Part shown: one piece after another, positions 40,803 through 49,371 of the stretch
Numbering within the stretch: position 1 is the stretch's first letter
How the letters are laid out: every line of letters begins with the position of its first letter
Origin: Phycisphaerae bacterium
GTDB taxonomy: Bacteria; Planctomycetota; Phycisphaerae; UBA1845; Fen-1342
Length of the DNA stretch: 64,000 nucleotides
Assembly (NCBI GenBank): GCA_963675745.2
Contig: CAXXWX010000026.1
Span: 288,001 to 352,000 of the forward strand
Direction of reading: 5' to 3'
Program-made: the position numbers and the translations under genes
The notes under the pieces: generated by a model
The model's input: the letters and a program-made list of their open reading frames with translations, nothing else
Database searches by the model: none
Told to the model about the DNA's origin: nothing

Positions 40803-41756
40803 ATGGCACATTTCGATTTGCCCCTGGAGGATTTGCGGGCGTATCAGGCCCCCGCCGCCGAGCCGGCCGACTTCGACGAGTTCTGGCAACGAACTCTCGC
40901 CGCCCACGCAGACACGCTCAGGAAGCCCACATTCGAACGCTGCCAGGAAAGCGTGTATGCACTCGTCGATGCGTATGACGTCACGTTTGCCGGGTTTGGC
41001 GGACAGCCGATACGCGGCTGGTTCATCGAGCCGGCTGGAAACACCGACCCTCTGGCGTGCATTGTCAGCTTCATCGGCTATGGGGGCGGACGCGGGTTCC
41101 CGCTGGATCACCTCGCCCCGGTGGCGGCCGGATTCGCCCACTTCGTGATGGACACGCGCGGCCAGGGTGGCGCCACCGCCGACGATCACCCGGCCGGTCC
41201 GCAGTGCCCCGGATTCATGACACGGGGAATCGAGTCGCCTGAGACCTACTATTACCGGCGTTTGTTCGTCGACGCCGTCCATGCGGTCGAAGGCGCCGCG
41301 GCCCATCCTCATGTTGACGCGTCCCGCATCGCGCTCCGTGGCGGCAGTCAGGGCGGCGGCATCGCGCTGGCGGCCGGGGCACTGGCACCCGAGGCGGTGA
41401 AGCTGGTCCTGGCCGACGTTCCATTCCTGTGCCATTTTCGACGGGCGACAACGCTCGTGGACGCGTATCCATACCGGGAAATCGTGGATTATCTGAAGTC
41501 GCACACCGATCGTGTCGAACAGGTGTTTTCGACACTGGCGTACTTCGATGGCATCAATTTCGCGCCGCGCATCCGGGCCCGCTGCCTGTTTTCCGCCGCG
41601 TTGATGGATGAAGTCTGCCCGCCGAGCACCATTTTCGCCGCTTATAACCGCCTGACGGCCGCCAAAGACATGGTGATCTATGAGTTCAATCAGCACGAAG
41701 GCGGCCAGACACGGCAGGTGCTGGCCCAGCTCGAGTTTGCCCGGCGGCATCTCTGA
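40803..41756 (+). CDS. Acetylxylan esterase / cephalosporin-C deacetylase (CE7)
   Basis: PADFDEFW; DTRGQG; GGSQGG; DEVCPPST; HEGG. Confidence 0.92.
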   Translation: MAHFDLPLEDLRAYQAPAAEPADFDEFWQRTLAAHADTLRKPTFERCQESVYALVDAYDVTFAGFGGQPIRGWFIEPAGNTDPLACIVSFIGYGGGRGFPLDHLAPVAAGFAHFVMDTRGQGGATADDHPAGPQCPGFMTRGIESPETYYYRRLFVDAVHAVEGAAAHPHVDASRIALRGGSQGGGIALAAGALAPEAVKLVLADVPFLCHFRRATTLVDAYPYREIVDYLKSHTDRVEQVFSTLAYFDGINFAPRIRARCLFSAALMDEVCPPSTIFAAYNRLTAAKDMVIYEFNQHEGGQTRQVLAQLEFARRHL

Positions 41757-41898
41757 CGCCCATTTGCGACATAAAACGTGGCGGTTTACTGGACTTCTCG
41801 GGCTAATTTCGCGCGGATTTTTGCGACGGTTTCCTGTATAATGCTCGAAGCGGCGCCGCCGCCGAGACGAAATAACAACGCACCAGGAGGTTGCACCC

Positions 41899-42750
41899 AT
41901 GCGAGCACGCTTTCTTATGCTGACCGTCGCCGTCTGTGTGTTTGGGGCCGCGACAGTGGCGGCTCAGACAGTCACGCTGACGTTGGAATCAACCCAGAAC
42001 GGTCAGACCGTTGCCCCTGGCGCAACGATCGACTGGACTATCAAGGTATTGGTGTCTGACGGTGACAATGACGGGCTGGCGCTGGTCTGCTGTGACCTGA
42101 CTCAGGCGGCCGGCAATCCAGCCAAGCTCGACATTCCGCCGGCCAGTGGCGTTCCCACCGGGATGGAGAAGTTCAGCCGACCGCTCGGCGTGACGAATCC
42201 TCCTGAGACAGATCCCGTCACCGGCTACATGGGCGTGCAGCGCGGGACCGCCGGCGAGATGAACCTCATCCAGATCGGCGGTGGGCAGAACACGTTCGGT
42301 GAGGCAATGTCGCCCGGGACCGGCATTGCGGAAAACGCCGACGTGAGCGCCGGCGTGGCGCAAGGTGGCACGCCGCAGGTGGTGGCCACCGGGTCGTTCC
42401 TGGCTCCGGCGACCACGGGCTCGTACACGTTCAGTATCGAGAACCTGTTTGGCAACGTGCTGGTCCAGCGGAATGATCCGCCGGCATTCTCTCCCGTCGT
42501 AAAGATCACTCCGACCGCGGCGCCGTCAAGCTTCTCGTTTACGGTGGGCGCGGGTTATCAAATCGGTGACCTGAATTGCGACGGTCTGGTCAATAACGGC
42601 GACATTGACCCGTTCGTGCTCGCGGTCACAGACGAAGCCGGCTACAATGCGCAGTATCCAAGTTGTGACCGTAATCTGGCGGACTGTAACCAGGACAGCT
42701 TGATCAATAACGGCGACATCGATTCCTTTGTAGCATTGATTGCGGGGTAG
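41899..42750 (+). CDS. Secreted protein: beta-sandwich (cohesin-like?) + dockerin-like domain
   Basis: AGGAGG RBS; signal peptide; GDLNCDGLVNNGDIDPFV...ADCNQDSLINNGDIDSFV. Confidence 0.75.
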   Translation: MRARFLMLTVAVCVFGAATVAAQTVTLTLESTQNGQTVAPGATIDWTIKVLVSDGDNDGLALVCCDLTQAAGNPAKLDIPPASGVPTGMEKFSRPLGVTNPPETDPVTGYMGVQRGTAGEMNLIQIGGGQNTFGEAMSPGTGIAENADVSAGVAQGGTPQVVATGSFLAPATTGSYTFSIENLFGNVLVQRNDPPAFSPVVKITPTAAPSSFSFTVGAGYQIGDLNCDGLVNNGDIDPFVLAVTDEAGYNAQYPSCDRNLADCNQDSLINNGDIDSFVALIAG

Positions 42751-42850
42751 CGAGCATTAGGGCTCGTGGCGCACGAACTCGGCTCAGAGCGCTCTGACTC
42801 ATGCACCTGAGATTCGAGTTGCGCCGCGGCCCTCACGAGGCCTATCCAAC

Positions 42851-42906
42851 CCGCCGTGGAAAGCGTGACCGACGCACTTCGGTTGTGTTTTCCGCGGCGG
42901 TTTTTT
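42851..42906 (+). terminator. Rho-independent terminator
   Basis: CCGCCGTGGAAAGCGTGACCGA / TCGGTTGTGTTTTCCGCGGCGG stem followed by T6. Confidence 0.8.
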
Positions 42907-42985
42907 GCGCACACCCTCCGGCGCGCTTGGCGCCATCCGGGTCAACGCCGAAGATCATAGCTGAGTAAACACAGGAGACCCGACC

Positions 42986-45385
42986 GTGTTAGAGAGCAAC
43001 CAGCAGCGGGCCGCGGCCCCGGACCCTGCGGAAACGCCGAAGCCGAGCAGTCGAGTCGAGCAAATTGCGCTCGAGCACAGCGGATACGAGTTTCTGTATC
43101 GCCCCGATGAGCAGGTGCCCTCCATCATAGTGGACAACTTCCCCGCGCTGGGGCGTCTGACGGCGGCGCGATTCCTGGAGTGGGTGCTGGAGAACCCGGA
43201 GGGCGTGATCTCGCTGCCAACCGGCAAAACGCCCGAGCACTTCATCAAATTCGTACAGCACTTCCTGCAGACGTGGGATACCAGGGAGACGGGTAAGGCA
43301 CTCGAGTCTCTGGGACTGTCGACGCAGCGCAAGCCGGATCTGTCCGGACTGCGTTTCGTTCAGATAGACGAGTTCTACCCGATCGATTCAAAGCAGCAGA
43401 ACAGCTTCTACTACTACGTACACAAGTACTACATCAAGGGGTTCGGGTTGGATCGCGCTCGAGCGCTGCTGATCGATCCACTGACAATCGGATTGCCGCC
43501 AGGCACATCGCTCAAGGAGATCTTCCCGGACCTGTCGGTCGACCTGTCACTGCGCATTCGGCGGGCAACATCACTGCTCGAGAAGCGGCAGCAGCAAGTC
43601 GTACGGGCCGTGGATGATTTCTGTACCGACTACGAACGCCGTATCACCGAGATGGGTGGGATCGGCTTCTTTCTTGGCGGCATCGGCCCCGACGGGCACA
43701 TCGCGTTCAACATCCGCGGCTCCGATCTGTTTTCCACGACGCGACTGCTTGACCCGAACTACGAGACGCGCGCCGCGGCGGCGGGCGACCTGGGCGGCAT
43801 GGAGGTCGCGCGGCACAAGAGTGTGATCACGGTCGGTCTGGCGACGATCACGCGTAACCGCGACGCGGTGGTCATCATTTTCGCCGCCGGTGAAGCCAAG
43901 GCGCGCATGGTGGCCCAGACGATCCACAGCGATTTGTGCAACACCTATCCCGGCTCGGTGCTGGGACTTCTGCCCAACGCACGCTTCTATCTGACCAGCG
44001 GGGCGGCCCGGCAACTGACCAGACGGGTCTTTGTTGACTTCGCGCGGCGTGAGGAGGTTCCGGACGAGCAGCTTTACCGCATCGTGATGGATCTGTCCTT
44101 AAGCCACCAGAAACCGATCAAACACCTCACCAAGGAGGATTTCCAGAACGATCGGTTTGGGGCCGAGTTGCTGAGCAAGACGCAAAGCACATCTGAGGAT
44201 TTGGCCGCGCGAACCGAGCGGCGCGTGCTGGACAGCCTGCAACGCGGCCATGCGCCGGTCGAGCACAAAACGCTGCTGCACACCGCGCCGCACCACGACG
44301 ACATCATTCTGGCGTACCTGCCGTACGTCACGAATGCGGTGCGCCGCCGCACAACGAAGCACTGCTTCGCATATATGACTTCCGGATTCAACGCGGTGAC
44401 CAACAGCCACATGCACGCCGCGATCGTGGATCTTCTGCAGCGCCTCAGGGATGGCGCGTTTCGCGATATGGTCCGTCCCGAACTCTACGATGCTGACAAC
44501 GCCCGCGCGCGGCGAATCGACACGTCACACTATTTCCAGGGCGTGGCGCGCACGCGCCTGGAGGTACAACATCAGGCGTCGGCACAGCGTCTGCTGCGCA
44601 ACCTGATCGAACTGTACGAGGATGACAATCTCGACAATATCCAGCAGCGCCTGACCGAACTGGAGAACTACTTCCACACGCAGTACCCCGGCAAGAAAGA
44701 CACCGCCGTGGTGCAGCAGCTCAAGGGACGTACGCGCGAGTGGGAAGCGGACCTGAAGTGGGCGTATTACGGATTCACCGGCGAGACAGTACGACACCTG
44801 CGGTTGGGGTTCTACAAGGGCGATGTCTTTACCGAAACTCCAACGGTCGATCGCGACGTGTTGCCGATTCGTGATCTGCTGTTGGAAGTGGCTCCGGACA
44901 TTGTCACCGTCGCGTTTGACCCCGAAGGCAGCGGCCCCGATACGCACTACAAGGTGCTGCAAGCCGTTTCGGCGGCTCTGGGCCTGTACGAGAATGAGAC
45001 CGGCCGGCACGAAGTCCGCGTATTGGGCTATCGCAATGTCTGGTTCAAATTCCACCCCGCCGAAGCGAATCTCTACGTACCGGTGTCATTGACGCACATG
45101 AATGATCTGGAGATGTGTTTCGATACGTGTTTTGCCACGCAGCGGACGGCGTCGTTCCCAAGTCACGAGTATGACGGCCCGTTCTCAAAGCTCGCCCGCA
45201 AGATTCAGGCCAAGCAGCATACGCAGATACGCACTTTCCTCGGCGAGGACTTCTTCGTGTACAACGAAGACCACGGGCTGCGGGCCGCTCGCGGCATGGT
45301 TTTCCTGCGTGAGATGGATCTGGCCGAGTTCTACACGAAGTCTGCCGAGCTAAAGCAGATGGCCGAGGATGTGCGCCGCCGATAG
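42986..45385 (+). CDS. nagB: Glucosamine-6-phosphate deaminase fused to a PIG-L/LmbE-like domain
   Basis: SLPTGKTP; IDEFYP; GGIGPDGHIAFN; C-terminal APHHDD and DPEGSGPDTH. Confidence 0.85.
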   Translation: MLESNQQRAAAPDPAETPKPSSRVEQIALEHSGYEFLYRPDEQVPSIIVDNFPALGRLTAARFLEWVLENPEGVISLPTGKTPEHFIKFVQHFLQTWDTRETGKALESLGLSTQRKPDLSGLRFVQIDEFYPIDSKQQNSFYYYVHKYYIKGFGLDRARALLIDPLTIGLPPGTSLKEIFPDLSVDLSLRIRRATSLLEKRQQQVVRAVDDFCTDYERRITEMGGIGFFLGGIGPDGHIAFNIRGSDLFSTTRLLDPNYETRAAAAGDLGGMEVARHKSVITVGLATITRNRDAVVIIFAAGEAKARMVAQTIHSDLCNTYPGSVLGLLPNARFYLTSGAARQLTRRVFVDFARREEVPDEQLYRIVMDLSLSHQKPIKHLTKEDFQNDRFGAELLSKTQSTSEDLAARTERRVLDSLQRGHAPVEHKTLLHTAPHHDDIILAYLPYVTNAVRRRTTKHCFAYMTSGFNAVTNSHMHAAIVDLLQRLRDGAFRDMVRPELYDADNARARRIDTSHYFQGVARTRLEVQHQASAQRLLRNLIELYEDDNLDNIQQRLTELENYFHTQYPGKKDTAVVQQLKGRTREWEADLKWAYYGFTGETVRHLRLGFYKGDVFTETPTVDRDVLPIRDLLLEVAPDIVTVAFDPEGSGPDTHYKVLQAVSAALGLYENETGRHEVRVLGYRNVWFKFHPAEANLYVPVSLTHMNDLEMCFDTCFATQRTASFPSHEYDGPFSKLARKIQAKQHTQIRTFLGEDFFVYNEDHGLRAARGMVFLREMDLAEFYTKSAELKQMAEDVRRR

Positions 45386-45415
45386 CCGCGCGCCGGCCCA
45401 TCCGCTTGACGCTCC

Positions 45416-48025
45416 CTACGCGCGCGCCGCGGCTTTGTCCAAGGCCTCGGCGATCTTGCGGATGAGTACCTTTGGCTTGACCGGTTTGGTGAGATAACCC
45501 GAACAACCGGCGGCAAGGCAGCGCTCGGCGTCACCGGACATGGCGTGCGCGGTGAGCGCGATGATCGGCAACGTGAACCCGCGCTCGCGCAACACGCGGG
45601 TGGCCGTGTAACCATCCATCACCGGCATCTGCATGTCCATGAGGATCAGGTCGAAATCCTCGGCGACGGCCGACTCGACGCCCAGTTGTCCGTTCTCGGC
45701 AGTCTCAACCCGCGCCCCCGCACGCCGCAAAAAGATGCTGATCAGCTTGCGGTTATCCGGCCCATCCTCCACCAGCAGGATGCGCGCATCCAGTTGTGGC
45801 GGGCTCTCATCGGAGCTTGCGGCGCGCGACTTGGAAATAGCTTCCGTGGTGGCTTCATCATCGTCAGCCGCAGCCTGGTAACGGCCGGGATCGATCTCCA
45901 ACGTAAAGACACTGCCGCGCCCCTCCTCGCTGGTGACGGTGATGCCACCGCCAAGCAATGCGGCGATTCGGCTGCTGATCGCCAGCCCCAGGCCGGTGCC
46001 GCCGAACCGGCGCGTCACCGAGGTGTCGGCCTGCGCGAACGTGTCAAAAATGACGTCCAGCTTGTCGGCGGGAATGCCCACGCCGGTGTCCGCGACACTG
46101 ATGGTCAAGCGTTGACCTTGCTCACGCTGCGCCATGGCCGTGCTGATCCGCACGCTGCCGGCAACCGTGAATTTGACAGCATTGCTGACGAGGTTCCATA
46201 CCAATTGCCGGAAGCGTGTGGGGTCGGTCTCGATTTTGTGGGGCACGTTTCGATCGAAGTCGACAATCAGGTCGAGCCCCTTATTCATGGCCGGCACGCG
46301 CATGCTTGACGCGACGTCGGCAACGATTTCGTGGGGGCTGCACTCAATGCGCTCGATCTCCATCCGTCGCGCCTCAACCTTTGAAAGATCGAGGATATCA
46401 TTGATCAAGCTGAGCAGATGCTCGCCGTTGGCGTGGATCGTCTTACACCACTCTTCATGCTCGGCGACCTGGGTCTCCGTCTGGCCAAGCAACTCGGCGA
46501 ACCCGAGGATCGCGGTCAGCGGCGTGCGCAGCTCATGGCTCATGTTGGCCAGAAAGTCGCTCTTCGCCCGGTTGGTCTGTTCGGCGGCCTCCTTGGCCTG
46601 ACGCAAACGCGCTTGCGCCTGTACACGCTCGTTGGCCTCAACCGCCAGCGCGACAAGATCCGCCATCGAACCGGCGAACTGCTGTTCGTCAAGCGTCCAC
46701 TCACGCATGGGGCCGACGTGCTCGTGACACACGACGCCGATCGTGACGCTACCGACTCGGACTGGAGCGTCAAGCAGCGACGTGACCGCGTGTGTTCGCA
46801 AGTACGTGTCGGAGAATTCGCGGGTTCGCGGATCGTTGTGCGCATCGTTGGCCGCGATGGCCCGGTCCTGCTGAAGCGCCGCAAAGTAGTTCGGGAAGTC
46901 CGCGGCATCGACCTCCACACCCTCCGAGTGTTCGTCCCGGTCGCGGCGATAGAGGTCAATGCACTGCAGCTTCGTCTGGCTATCGTCAAAGAACCACACG
47001 CCGACCTGGGCGACTTCGATCGTCTGCGCCGCTGTGGCCGTGATGTCCCGCAGTGCCTGGTGCAGGTCGCCGCGTTCGGAGGTCTTGCTCTTGGACAGCG
47101 CAACCAGGGCGTCGTTTTGCCGGCGCAGGCGTGCCTCGCTCGCGCGCAACGCATCCTCGGCGCGGCGTCGTTCGGCGATCTCCACCTCGAGTTCGGCGCG
47201 GCGCTGCTGAAGCTCGGCGGTGCGTTCGCGCACCTTGCGCTCGACAGACGCATACGCGTGCTGCACGCGATCAGCCATGTGGTTAAACGCTCTTGCCAAC
47301 ACGCCGATCTCGCCGAAGGCCTGCTCACCCGCGCGCTTGTCCCGCTCACCGTTCGCCAGCGCCGTGGCCGTCGCCACCAGGTCGCGCAATGGCGTGAGTA
47401 GCTGCCGAACGGCAACGGTCGTGAGGGCGATGCCCAGCGCGGTGACCAGTGCCGCAATCAGCACACTGGAGATCGCGCGCCGGCCCAGCTCGGCATGGAT
47501 GTCGGCGAGGCTGTACGTCAAACAGACGAACCCGAGAGGTGCCTCTTCCGCGGACTGAAGCACAGGTTCTTCGTCGAGAAGATCCAGCTCGATCTCGTCG
47601 TTACTTCGCCAGATCGGAACCACCACGAGGAGCTGGTTGGCCGAGCGTTCGACGCGCGCACTGCCACGCGAACGCAATCCAGCCATCGGATTGCCGGTAT
47701 CGATGGCAATCTCGGCCTCGAACGACCTGTGGCGCTGGGTCACCACCATTTCATCGCCGGCGGCGTTGAGTATCTGGGCATGGACAACGTTGTGATCCTG
47801 AGAAGCCATCTGCGCGACGCGTTCAAGCGCCACGGCATCGTTCAGCAGAACGGCCGGTTCGGCGCCGTGGCTTACGGCGCGAGCATGCACTACCGCGCTG
47901 TCCGTCACACGACGTAACGAATCGCCGTAATTCTGCCGGATGAGCGCCGCAGACAAGACACCGACTGAGCCGAGCAACAACGCCGCACATAGCGCGATAG
48001 ACCGGCTCTTTAGCCCTCCACGCAT
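45416..48025 (-). CDS. Hybrid sensor kinase: periplasmic domain-HAMP-GAF-HisKA-HATPase-REC
   Basis: Two TMs; GEIGVLARAFNHM; GAF (LLDAPV, HEHVG); MSHELRTP; NAVKFT; GGTGLGL; MDMQMPVMDG. Start uncertain (48025-48091). Confidence 0.92.
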   Translation of the reverse strand: MRGGLKSRSIALCAALLLGSVGVLSAALIRQNYGDSLRRVTDSAVVHARAVSHGAEPAVLLNDAVALERVAQMASQDHNVVHAQILNAAGDEMVVTQRHRSFEAEIAIDTGNPMAGLRSRGSARVERSANQLLVVVPIWRSNDEIELDLLDEEPVLQSAEEAPLGFVCLTYSLADIHAELGRRAISSVLIAALVTALGIALTTVAVRQLLTPLRDLVATATALANGERDKRAGEQAFGEIGVLARAFNHMADRVQHAYASVERKVRERTAELQQRRAELEVEIAERRRAEDALRASEARLRRQNDALVALSKSKTSERGDLHQALRDITATAAQTIEVAQVGVWFFDDSQTKLQCIDLYRRDRDEHSEGVEVDAADFPNYFAALQQDRAIAANDAHNDPRTREFSDTYLRTHAVTSLLDAPVRVGSVTIGVVCHEHVGPMREWTLDEQQFAGSMADLVALAVEANERVQAQARLRQAKEAAEQTNRAKSDFLANMSHELRTPLTAILGFAELLGQTETQVAEHEEWCKTIHANGEHLLSLINDILDLSKVEARRMEIERIECSPHEIVADVASSMRVPAMNKGLDLIVDFDRNVPHKIETDPTRFRQLVWNLVSNAVKFTVAGSVRISTAMAQREQGQRLTISVADTGVGIPADKLDVIFDTFAQADTSVTRRFGGTGLGLAISSRIAALLGGGITVTSEEGRGSVFTLEIDPGRYQAAADDDEATTEAISKSRAASSDESPPQLDARILLVEDGPDNRKLISIFLRRAGARVETAENGQLGVESAVAEDFDLILMDMQMPVMDGYTATRVLRERGFTLPIIALTAHAMSGDAERCLAAGCSGYLTKPVKPKVLIRKIAEALDKAAARA

Positions 48026-48315
48026 GCCAGCGAACATCGAGGCGACTCCCAAGGCTATGCCCAGGCGGTCCAGATAGAGTGCAGCGCCCATGGTCGACGT
48101 GCGCTGTCCGGCCCAGTTGAAACGTTGTCAGACACCGGCCATTGGATCGACCAAATCGGCGGGTCACATGCGTTGGCGATGTCATGTTGCTGTGCCGACC
48201 GGCCCGTAAGCGCTCCCGGTGCCACGTGTGCGGATAATTCCACCCTGATGCATCGGTTGACCTGACCTGGACAGACCGTTGTGCCGATAACAGAGTCAAG
48301 TCAGCGGGACAACGG

Positions 48316-49371
48316 GTGGTAGGCGTTCGCGCCGCGGTGGGCCCGTTGCACATGCCCCAACAGGGGGCCCTGTTGAATTCGTTGAGGTACGACTTGCGCG
48401 CACACACGACCTGCACAGGCACTCGGCTCCGCCCGTGGATCACGGGCGCGGTGCTGTGCGCATACGCGGCCTGCGGCTCTGGACTGGCCGAGTCGCAGCG
48501 GGTCGGCGTGGTCTACGGAGCCAAAGGGCCATACAGCGTGGCTGCCCGGAAACTCGCGGAGGATTTGGGCAAATCCGGCTATGAGTGTCGCCTGTTTGAA
48601 CTACCACCGCACGACGACGCGGCGCAGAAGAAGGTAATACGACAGCTTGTCTCCTATGAGCCCGCGGCACTCGCTACCGGCGGGACAACGGCGACCATGA
48701 TGGGGTTGGAGTCGCTGGCGGGTGTGCCGGTGATTGCGTTCATGGTGCCAAACGCCCTGGACGCCCCGTTTCTCCAGCGCGACTACGCCCACCGGGAACG
48801 TGTCGTGTGCGTTCCAAGCGACATCGATCCCGCCACACAAGTCGAGTGGATAGCGCGCACGCGGCCGGGCTGCAAGCGTATCGCAATCCCGTGCAGTGCG
48901 CGCACATCGAAGACAGTGGCGTCTATCACACAGGCCGGCCAGGCGCGCGGGCTGGACCTCAAGCCTGTCGAAACCAGTGCCAACGACATACCCAAGCTGA
49001 TCGACACGCTCGGTAAAGAGCGTTTTGACGGCCTGCTCATGATTCCGGACGGCCAGGTCTATAACTCACCCAACGTGCAGCGGATTCTGCTCTGGGGTGT
49101 GCGGCAAAAGAAGCCTGTCTGGGCCTTCTCGACGAATGTCGTCAAAGCCGGCGCCTTCAGTGGTGTGTCGTGCGACAGCGCTGCGGTGGGCGCGCAGAGC
49201 GCGGCCATGGTCACCAAAGTGCTGAAAGGGGCGCGGCCGGCAACGCTCGGAGTGCAGTACCCCGAGCATGTCGACCACGCGGTGAATGTACATACGGCCG
49301 AGATGATTGAGGCCCCTTTAGACGGCGACGCGTTCGACAAGCGCGTGGCTCGTCTGGGAGAGCGACCATGA
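48316..49371 (+). CDS. Periplasmic ABC-substrate-binding-like protein (YfiR-analogous position)
   Basis: LLMIPDGQVY; VKAGA; AVNVHTAEMI resemble the ABC_sub_bind family. The stop overlaps the TBDR start (ATGA). Start uncertain. Confidence 0.75.
   Translation: MVGVRAAVGPLHMPQQGALLNSLRYDLRAHTTCTGTRLRPWITGAVLCAYAACGSGLAESQRVGVVYGAKGPYSVAARKLAEDLGKSGYECRLFELPPHDDAAQKKVIRQLVSYEPAALATGGTTATMMGLESLAGVPVIAFMVPNALDAPFLQRDYAHRERVVCVPSDIDPATQVEWIARTRPGCKRIAIPCSARTSKTVASITQAGQARGLDLKPVETSANDIPKLIDTLGKERFDGLLMIPDGQVYNSPNVQRILLWGVRQKKPVWAFSTNVVKAGAFSGVSCDSAAVGAQSAAMVTKVLKGARPATLGVQYPEHVDHAVNVHTAEMIEAPLDGDAFDKRVARLGERP

Noticed and set aside
42760..42985. glmS ribozyme upstream of nagB
   Set aside because: The conserved core (AGCGCC...GACGAGG) is not present in the right arrangement.
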